From Malacoraja senta (lineage: Eukaryota), in assembly GCA_038087875.1 (NCBI GenBank), contig CM075995.1, positions 4,466,001 through 4,530,000 of the forward strand: DNA of 64,000 nucleotides. The letters run 5' to 3'. The notes under the pieces are model-generated. The model was not told the DNA's origin and made no database searches. It was given only the letters and a program-made list of their open reading frames with translations. A program made the position numbers and the translations under genes. Positions 12,386-22,000 of this stretch are shown one piece after another. Within the stretch, counting starts at the first letter, position 1, and each line of letters begins with the position of its first letter.

Positions 12386-14131
12386 ATAACCATATCCCTT
12401 GATTCCATTAGCCCTTAGAGCTAAATCTCATTCTCTCTTTTGATTAGCAATGCATGAAATTTTCAGATAAGGCGAATTTTGACTTCAGGGCATAAATCTC
12501 TATCATAAATTTTACCGTTACCTCGTCGTTTTTTCGAGAAGATGTGATCACACACAAACAAATAAATACACAAATCCACAAACAAGATCAGAGTTTTCTA
12601 GTTATAATAAGGATATGTGTGTGTGTATATTATACACTGAACTTTTTCTCTCGTTTATCATATTGTTTACAGTGTACTATGTTTACATATTCTGTTGTGC
12701 TGCAGCAAGTAAGAATTTCACTTTTCCATCTGGGACAAATGACAATAAAACACTCTTGACCCTTGGACCTACGCTATGTTCCCTCAATCGCAGAGGTACA
12801 GTATCAGACACAGATACAGAAATAGCTTTAGAGATATATTGTGGCGGTACCTGGTGGCTAGCCACGGGTAGCGAACCCTCGGCTCAGGAGGGAGGAGTTG
12901 AGCGTCTCGGAGTGGGAAGCGTTGGGTCATGGGGTCCGACCTGGGGTATTTAAGGTCGGGTCACGGGGTTGGAGTTGGAAGCAGTAATAAACACCATTTC
13001 GTTCACACAACTCGTTTTCGCCTCATACTTGGCTTGACTCCTGGAGTCCCCGCTACACTGGTGGCCCCGACGACCAGGAGTGGATTCCTGGACAAAGTTC
13101 ACGTAAAAATGTACAGTGCTCACCCCACCGCGGCCGCCTACGAGGCCGAGCTCAACGCTGCCTACCTTTTGGACCTCGCAGCTGGGGGTTTGGTTTCGTC
13201 AGGTGGAATCCCAGTTCCACGTCCGCGGCGTAACGGTCGACGAGACTCGGTATCATTACATGGTAGGGGCTCTCGACCAGGAAACAGCCGGTCGGGTCAT
13301 GCCTTACCTCAATAACCCGCCGGCGGAGGGTAAGTACGCAGGCCTCAAGGAGCTGCTACTCCGGATCTACGGGCCCGGAGTGGATGGATGAGCTGCCATG
13401 GGTGTTGTTGGGGATTCAGACTGCACCTAAGGAGGATTTGGCATCCTCAGCGGAGTTGGTGTATGGCGCTCCGCTCACCGTCCCAGGAGAGTTCATCCCG
13501 GCCGCTGATGGCTCCCGGGAACCGCCGTCCTCCATGCTGCTGCGCTTGAGGAAGAGAGTCGGCGCCCTGTCTCCCGTCCCAACTTCTTGGCATGGTATAG
13601 CCCCTTTCCATGTGCCACCGGCTCTGGCGGACTGCCCATACATTTTTTTGTGCCGCGACGCCCACCGGTCATCCTTGCAACGGCCCTATGAAGGTCAATT
13701 TCGGGTGCTGCGGCACGGGACAACAACATTTATACTGGACACGGGGGGGCGGCAAGAGACTGTGTCTGTGGCGCGCCTTAAGCCAGTCCATTTGGACTTG
13801 AGCGAGCCGGTTCGGGTGGCCCAGCCTCCTTGTCGTGGACGTTTGCGGTCGCGGGTTCCTGTATGTTCTTCCGGGCGGGTCAAGGACTCTGTTCGGGCGG
13901 ACGTGTTTACGCGGTCAGGCCGCCTTGTTCGGTGTCCCGTCCGTTTCAGTGCCTCTGGTTCTGGGGGGGGTCATGTGGCGGTACCTGGTGACTAGACACG
14001 GGTAGCGAACCCTCGGCTCAGGAGGGAGGAGTTGGGTCATGTGGTCCGACCTGGGGTATTTAAGGTCGGGTCACGCCCGGTCACGGGGTTGGAGTTGGAA
14101 GCATCACAGTGCAGTAATAAACACCATTACG

Positions 14132-16097
14132 TAGGTATGTTACAATACTTACCTTCAGCGGCGCTGCAATTCTGCCACTGGCCTTGTGCGCGATTTTGGT
14201 GCCTTTGAGGGGGGGGGCGGGGTTAAAACGTGGGTTTCTCCTACCTTGTCCTGGATTATATTTCGTTGGAGTGCAAGCTTTTGCTGAAGAATCGTTCCGA
14301 CGGGCGTTCTGTGTATTTTGTTTTAAAAATCCCCCGACAATTTCAGCGCTGGAGTTGTTTTAAAATCAGCTTCTAAAGCCGACAACAGGGACGGATTTCA
14401 CGCACAGGACAGGTAAACGAAAGCCGTTTATTTTATGTATAAAAGTGCTCCTTAAGATGCCTTTAATTCACATTTTATGTTGTGAAACGGTGATTTTTTT
14501 CCCCGTACGAACCGGCAGTATTTTTCATGCCGATACGGGTTTAAATTCACCGCAACTCCAAGTTTGCGGATGACACGAAGCTGGGGGGCAGTGTTAGCTG
14601 TGAGGAGGATGCTAGGAGGCTGCAAGGTGACTTGGATAGGCTGGGTGAGTGGGCAAATGCATGGCAGATGCAGTATAATGTGGATAAATGTGAGGATATC
14701 CACTTTGGTGGCAAAAACAGGAAAGTAGACTATTTAAATTGTGGCCGATTAGGAAAAGGGGAGATGCAATGAGACCTGGGTGTCATGGTACACCAGTCAT
14801 TGAAAGTAGGCATGCAGGTGCAGCAGGCAGTGAAGAAAGCGAATGGTATGTTAGCATTCATAGCAAAAGGATTTGAGTATAGGTGCAGGGAGGTTCTAAT
14901 GCAGTTGTACAGCGTCTTGGTGAGACCACACCTGGAGTATTGCGTACAGTTTTGGTCTCCAAATCTGAGGAAAGACATTCTTGCCATAGAGGGAGTACAG
15001 AGAAGGTTCACCAGATTGATTCCTGGGATGTCAGGACTTTCATATGAAGAAAGACTGGATAGACTCGGCTTGTACTCGCTAGAATTTAGAAGATTGAGGG
15101 GGGATCTTATAGAAACTTACAAAATTCTTAAGGGGTTGGACAGGCTAGATGCAGGAAGATTGTTCCCGATGTTGGGGAAGTCCAGGACAAGGGGTCACAG
15201 TTTAAGGATTAAGGGGAAATCCTTTAGGACCGAGATGAGAAAAACATTTTTCACACAGAGAGTGGTGAATCTCTGGAACTCTCTGCCACCGAAGGTAGTT
15301 GAGGCCAGTTCATTGGCTATATTTAAGAGGGAGTTGGATGTGGCCCTTGTGGCTAAAGGGATCAGGGGGTATGGAGAGAAGGCAGGTACAGGGTACTGAG
15401 TTGGATGATCAGCCATGATCATATTGAATGGTGGTGCAGGCTCGAAGGGCCGAATGGCCTACTCCTGCACCTATTTTCTATGTTTCTATGTTTCTATGTT
15501 CCAAATCATCGTGTTCCAGAAAAACCCACTCGCAATATGATTTAAATGGCCATTAATTTACAGGTATTAAACATTAAATTCCTTCCATTTGGCCTATAAA
15601 TCCATGACAATGAGATTTAAAAATTATGTTACATTGTGAATTCTTGTGTGAATGTTATTTGGACCATTAGCTTTTTTAAAATGTTAATCTATTCTTAAGA
15701 AATTGATAGATGTTTAGTTCTAGTAATTGAATTTTGTAATTAGCTACAATTGGGTAACTAACTAATTATATGCTTTAAATTCATGTCATCTAAGTAAGAT
15801 TTTCATATTTGTTTCAGAATGCTTCAATCTATAATAACTGAAAATTTCTTTCAGTTCTCTTAATATTTAAGAAAGTTATGGGCTTTTGACTGTCCTCGAT
15901 CACAGCTTTTGTGTTAAGTCAATGGAAAAGCAATAGGGAACAAGATGCTAATTTCCGAGTATGAAAATGGCCATAACTTTTTTAATACTGAAGATATGAA
16001 AGTGAATTAGGTGTCAAATTAAACTTCTTTTTATGCTTTATCTGATGGGATAAATTAGACTTGATTTTTAAAATCTCAAAATTTTGTAACATTGCTA
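14132..16097. mobile_element. Non-autonomous DNA transposon (hAT-like, superfamily uncertain) inserted in the Gypsy 3' LTR
   Basis: Imperfect TIRs TAGGTATGTTACAA / TTGTAACATTGCTA; the direct duplication CATTACG(T) occurs at both junctions and the LTR sequence resumes exactly afterwards. Confidence 0.7.
14553..15500 (+). mobile_element. CR1-clade LINE 3' fragment nested in the DNA transposon
   Basis: ORF 14785-15399 is nearly identical to the 9402-10331 copy; (CTATGTTT)n tail. Confidence 0.9.
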
Positions 16098-16176
16098 CAT
16101 TACGTTCACACAACTCGTTTTCGCCTCATTCTTGGCTGGTCTCCCGGAGTCCCCGCTCCAATATAATACTTACTTA

Positions 16177-18443
16177 AAGGTCTGTCTCACTGTGCGAGCT
16201 GACCCACGAGTGACCCCGAGTGAAAGACTCGTGGTTGCGTACGAGACTACAAGTTTATGATCCAGAGTTTAACCGAGTTCCCACGGGTATGTCTAAGTTT
16301 GCCGTTTACTTCTCATTTCTGCGATGTTCCAAGTTCGTCTCCCGAGTTTACCAAGTTCCTCTCCCGTTAATCTTGAGGCAACAATGTATATCGAAGTGTT
16401 GAAAAATCATCACACGTTAAAAAAATGATGTCATGCCAGCCAAAGAACGTAGAGACTATTGTGTTTGCTGCATGTGTTCTGCACAACCTGATCCGTATCA
16501 GAGGTGCAGCTTCAGGATCAGCGACAGCCATGCAGCACGGTGACTTAGTGGACAGTCAAACAGGGAGAATAACACTAGGTGCGTGGAGGAGTGGTACAAA
16601 CGACGAGACTTTGGTGCCACTGCAGTGTTTTCGAGGTAACACGGGGACCAACAGTGCAAAAGAGCAGAGAGACCATCATAAAACACAAAATAGAGGAAGG
16701 CAAAATATATTCACATCTTGATTCTCACAATCATTTGTGAGATTTAAGGACTCAGCTGCCTCATATGCTGTGCTTTTTAAATGTTTAAAATTGTCACCTC
16801 TCAGTAGATCAGAAAATAAGACAAAGTCTTATGTGAAACAAATGTCTTGAATGTGAAACAAAGTCTTTATTCTTGTTCAATATAAAAAACGCTTTTTTGC
16901 GCATATTGAGAAATATGCGTAATTTCCTGCAAACCCATATCACGGTGAAGCACCACAGCAAACAACGCAGTGGTCTGAAAAAGGGCTTCTCATACATGAA
17001 AATCAACAAATGAAGCACAAATAAAAGTATTTCCACTATATACTAATTCAGCTGAGAAATGCACTAGTCTAAATTCAGGCAATAAAAGACCATCTCTGCT
17101 CCTACTATAATTCAGAATTGGGCAGTGTGCCGTGGCAGGACAGCTTATTTTGAGCGGCTGCCGACCACAGGTACATCACTGCATGAGGAGAGCCCACATG
17201 CAGAAAAATCCAGTTAATTTCATGTTTAGTTTAAATCCTGCTGACTTTTCATTGTTTAACTTTAAGTGTGGATTTTATTTTTTATTGTGGTGTAAAAGTA
17301 ATTTCATTCCATCTGTCTTTCCTTTAAAACGTGGTTATCATGCATCTGCTTATCTGATTGTAGATCTCAAAACTTGTCATTTAGCGCATTGCATTGTATC
17401 TTTTATTGCCTGAATTTAGACTAGTGCATTTCTCAGCTGAATTAGTATATAGTGGAAATACTTTTATTTGTGCTTCATTTGTTGATTTTCATGTATGAGA
17501 AGCCCTTTTTCAGACCACTGCGTTGTTTGCTGTGGTGCTTCACCGTGATATGGGTTTGCAGGAAATTACGCATATTTCTCAATATGCGCAAAAAAGCGTT
17601 TTTTATATTGAACAAGAATAAAGACTTTGTTTCACATTCAAGACATTTGTTTCACATAAGACTTTGTCTTATTTTCTGATCTACTGAGAGGTGACAATTT
17701 TAAACATTTAAAAAGCACAGCATATGAGGCAGCCGAGTCCTTAAATCTCACAAATGATTGTGAGAATCAAGATGTGAATATATTTTGCCTTCCTCTATTT
17801 TGTGTTTTATGATGAAAGGAATATTACATTCAAGTCATGAGACTTTGTAGTGATATTAAAATGAAGACTTCCAGACATCAATTTGATCTTGATAGCAAAG
17901 AACTCTCTTTTATTGTGCAATGAAGTAAACAAACAGTGAGAATCAAACGGATCAGCTAAAAGCTTTTCAACACAACACAACACAACACAAATTTATATAT
18001 AAACTTCAAGCAATTTTTTCTTTTCAACCCACTCTGTCACCTTATCAATAACTTGCTTAACTTTGTTAAGCAGAATTTGTCTTTAAAAAGTCTAAGTAAC
18101 TGATATTTCTGTCCCTGATTATTGTTTCTAAAAAGAGTTCCCACGGTAGAATCACGAGTCACAAAGTTAAACGCACGGGCCACTACGTTCTTACAACGAG
18201 TTTAAAATGTTTCAAATTTTAACCACAAGAGTACATTTTACTCGTGGAAAAGTAGAAACATGTTTGAACTTTTGCAAGAGTTAACAAGTTTCACGTGTAC
18301 CTCCCGTTAGCGCCAAAAGTCGCTAAGTTGCGTCCACGAGTTCCGACGTTCCCGCTACGTTAATTGTACGTGATTACCACGAGTTAAATTTGTTTTAAAC
18401 TCGGGGTCACTCCTGGGTCAACTCGCACAGTGAGACAGCCCTT
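16177..18443 (+). mobile_element. PIF/Harbinger deletion derivative with a transposase C-terminal remnant and an internal long inverted repeat
   Basis: About 45-bp TIRs AAGG(T/G)CTGTCTCACTGTGCGAG(C/T)TGACCCA; flanking TTA/TTA; ORF 16425-16673 IVFAACVLHNLIR...AKEQRDH resembles the end of DDE_Tnp_4 (HARBI1-type) transposases. Confidence 0.85.
16674..17814. repeat. Long inverted repeat: arms 16674-17089 and 17399-17814 (416 bp each), 309-bp spacer
   Basis: The arms are reverse complements with one mismatch seen by eye. The ORF track shows identical 75-aa translations at 16809-17036(-) and 17452-17679(+). Confidence 0.95.
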
Positions 18444-18689
18444 TTACTTTTTATTACAGACTCAAGGTCCAGATAAATGACAAGACATTACATTGAGTAA
18501 ATTGCATACAAAAGCACTGTAAATTACTTACTATCATGTAAAGTTTATGATTAGCAAGTTTGCAGATGACACTGAAGTGGGTGGTGTTTGTAGGAAGCGA
18601 AGACGGTTGTGAAGAAGCGTTGTTGTAGGATCTTGTTGTCACCACCCTCTGGTCCAAAGACACTAGACCAGAGCCTCCCCTGGTATCTT

Positions 18690-19080
18690 TGCTCTGGTCT
18701 GGACTCCGCCTCAGCATCAGCTGCCGCTGCCGCTGCCGCCCACCAGAGGGAAGATGCTGCGGACACTGCGAGCGGCTGCCCGGCTGCAGCCCCGGTTCCA
18801 GCCCCCGGCCCCGGCCCCGGCCTACTCGAGCCTGGCGGCGGTGGCGGGGTCGCCGTTGCTGCGCTCCCGGGCCTACGTGGGTGGCCGCTGGGTGGAGGCG
18901 GAGGGCGAGGCGCGGTTCGCGGTGCAGGAGCCGGCCAGCGGGATGATGCTCGCCCGGGTGGCCGACTGCGGCGCTGAGGACGCCAGGGCGGCCGTGAGGG
19001 CGGCGTACCAGGGCCTGCCCGCCTGGAGGGCGGCCACCAGCAAGGTTAGAGGCACCCCTCTCCCCCGGGGGCAGTGTGGG
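18690..19080 (+). promoter_or_regulatory. CpG-island-like region covering the ALDH5A1 5' UTR and exon 1
   Basis: Very high GC and CpG density against an AT-rich background, coinciding with the first exon. Confidence 0.65.
18754..19044 (+). CDS. ALDH5A1: ALDH5A1 exon 1 (CpG-rich; mitochondrial targeting peptide)
   Basis: [15 protein letters not shown]...AYVGGRWV...VADCG...WRAATSK, donor AAG|gttaga. Confidence 0.92.
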
Positions 19081-22000
19081 GGGGATAGCGGGGGGGAGAA
19101 GGTGAGAGGGAGGTGGAGGGTAGGGTAGGGTAGGCGGGAAGGGCAGGGCAGGGCAGCCACCAGCAAGGAGTGAGGGGTAATGGGGGGCGGATAGTATGGG
19201 GGGGAGAGAGGGGCCTGGTGAGGGTATGTGGGCCGAACTGCAGCCGGGCCTTGGGGGTGGAGGGAGGTGGGGATTAGGGTGGGGGGAGGGGGGTACGAGG
19301 GCATAGGGATGGCTGGGTGGGTGGGGAGGGTATTGGGTGGGCGGGATAGGCGGTCAGGCAAGAGGCGTGGGGCAGGTGGTGGTGGGGGTAGGATGGGGCG
19401 GGGGTAAGGGGCCAGGGGATAGGGAAGGGTAGGGAGTCGAGAAGGGTTGGGGGTAAGGGACGAGGAGGTTGGGAAGGGTGCGAGCAGGAGGGATGGAGGA
19501 TATGGCGGGCTAGGGGCCTAGGGGTTGGGGAGAGGAGTAGGGAAGGGTGAGGGGGATAAAGGGGCGGTGGGGGGGTAGGTTGGGGGGACGAACGGCGGCC
19601 GTGTCCGAGGAGTGGACACATAGGTCTGGGCCAGGTGGGACGGGGATCAGAAGGACCTGCGGGGGGGGACGGTTCAGGGGGACTAGGGGTCGGAGAGGTG
19701 TGAGTGCCTTGGGATCAGGTGACCCTGGGGGGAATGGGCTTTCAGGATGTTTAGGGATGGTGGTTCAGGGTATCTGGGGGGACGAGGAGCGGGGTCTGGT
19801 GGAGGGTGCTCTGGGGTTGTTGGGCTCATGTGGTGTCTCGGTGCCAAGAGGAGCTCTTGGTATTCCAGGGGAAGAGAAGGATCTCTGGGTCAGATGGAGG
19901 AGGGTTTATGAGCTGTCGTCTCAGGTGATGACTTGGTTTGGGGTACGGAGTGTCACTGCCAAGGGGTGATCATTCTGGATATCTTGGTGTCAGGGGAGAG
20001 AGGTCTTGGGATCAGATGGAAGGCGTTCTCGGGATCGGGGAGTACTGGTTGAGTCAGGGTTGTGGGGAGTGCTGCTTTTGACAGGATGGCGGAGTTGTTG
20101 CTTGTTATGTTAGGGGGAGGTGATGGTGTCGTGGGGTTGGGGGAGTGCTGGGTGATTTGGGATTTGGGTTCGGGATCAGTTTCAGTTTAGTTTGTCATGT
20201 GTACATAGCGAAAAGCTTTTGTTGTGCGCTATCTGCTTGGGGTCGGTGAGTTCTGTGTGTCCTGAGGAGTCAGGTGGGGTTCTGGATGTGATCGACGGGT
20301 TTCTGGATGTCTCTGGGTCAGAGAGTTTAGTTTAGTTTAGAGATACAGCAGGGAAACAGGCCCTTCGGCATACTCACACTAAGGTCAATTCACACCTACA
20401 CCAAGCTAATTAACCTACAAACCTGTACGTCTTTGCAGTGTGGGAGGTAAACGAAGATCTCAGAGAAAGCCCATGCGGTCTCGGGGAGATCGTACAAACT
20501 CCATATAGACAACACCCGTAATCGGGATCGTACCGGGGTCTCTGGCGCTGTAAGGCAGCAACTCTACCGCTGCACCACTGTGCCACCCACAAACCCGGGA
20601 CTATCTAACTGGCTCTGTATTTATTGTCTTATCATTTTATTGAGTTGTATCCATCGTAAATGCCATTTCAAACCAATCACAAACAATTTGTGTTATAAGG
20701 TAAAGTGAAATTTCAAGGCCGAAGATAGACACAAAATGCTGGAGTAACGCGGCAGGTCAGGCAGCATCTCTGGAGTAAAAGCTGAACCCTTCTTCAAACG
20801 GGGTCTGAAGAAGGGTTCCGACCCGAAACATTACTTATTCATTCTCTCCAGAGATGCTGCCTGACCCGCTGAGTTACTCCAGCATTTTGTGTCTATCTCC
20901 GGTGTAAACCATCATCAGCCGTTCCTTCCTACACCTGAAATTTCAAGGCTTTGTTCTGTGTATGTAAGATATTTAAGAAAAGAGTTGTTGCATTGTTCAT
21001 TGCAATGTATAATCATCAGGAATATTTTGTGTGGTTGAGGAAAGTACTTTAATTCCATGAATGGAGCCAGGGAATTTAAATTCATTGACTTAAAGATTCC
21101 TGGAATAAAATCATAATATTAAGTAAAATTCCATTGCTTTTTGCACTGGGCAAGCTGGGCAAGCTCAGTTGTATCTGACTGCTACATCAAAACATAACGC
21201 AGAACTTGGCGTCAGAAGAACTGCTCGTTTTCATCACTGTCCTATGCGGAGAGAAGAGACGTGAATTATGAGGCCAGAGGATCAGGTAGACGGGGGAAGT
21301 GGAAAGGGGGCAGGATTGTAGGAGAAATGGGTGTACATTCAGGTGGGGCACAAGGAAAGAGGAAATCTGTTTCCCCTTCCACTTACATCTGCACCTCCAG
21401 ATTCTGGGAAAGTTTCTTCCCGGCTGTTATCAGGCAACTGAATCATCCTAACAACAACTAGAGAGCAGTCCTGAACTACTATCTACCTGATTGGTGACCC
21501 TTAGACCACCTTTGATCGGACATTACTGGCTTTACCTTACACTAAACGTTATTGCCTTATCATGTATCAATACAATTTTAATCATGCATTGTCTTTCCGC
21601 TGACTGGTTAGCACACAACAAAAGCTTTTCACTGTACCTCGGTATACGTGACAATAAACTAAACTGAAACTGTAGGAAGGAGCTGCAGTTGCTGGTTTAC
21701 ACCGAAGATAGACACAAATTGCTGGAGTAACTTAGCGGGTCAGGCAGCATCTATGGATAGAAGGAATGGGTGATGTTTCGGGTCGAGACCCTTCCTTCCT
21801 ACATTTTCATTACGCGTCCATTTCCCATGAAAATAAAGAACTAGAATCTCTATGGCGACATAGTTTGCATTTGCAATTCCTCGTGTCTGCAGTAGACTGT
21901 AATTTAAACTAGCCACAGGCATATAGATAGACTACAATCCTTTCTGACAAAGGAAAGGCTTGTATTGTTAGTCCAACGAAAGGCAAACTGGTCTTTTGAC

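Larger units (their letters stand above)
12840..16160 (+). mobile_element. Internally deleted Ty3/Gypsy LTR retrotransposon (CsRn1-like); 5' LTR 12840-13057, 3' LTR 13974-14131 plus 16098-16160
   Basis: TG...CA LTRs, 4-bp TSD ATAT, PBS TGGTGGCCCCGACG (tRNA-Trp), G-run PPT at about 13963-13970, a gag N-terminal piece (LPTFWTSQ..VWFRQVESQF) and an integrase C-terminal piece (LPWVLLG..TAPKEDL..SAELVYG, RPYEGQF). Confidence 0.9.

Noticed and set aside
13384..13995. 203-aa ORF as a host gene
   Set aside because: It is the integrase C-terminus of the deleted Gypsy element, bounded by LTRs.
16809..17679. Two identical 75-aa ORFs as duplicated small genes
   Set aside because: They are a by-product of the inverted repeat, have GTG starts and contain no recognisable domain.
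18609..19969. Overlapping Gly/Pro-rich ORFs around ALDH5A1 exon 1
   Set aside because: They are stop-poor shadows of GC-rich and G-rich sequence; only the 18754 frame matches SSADH.
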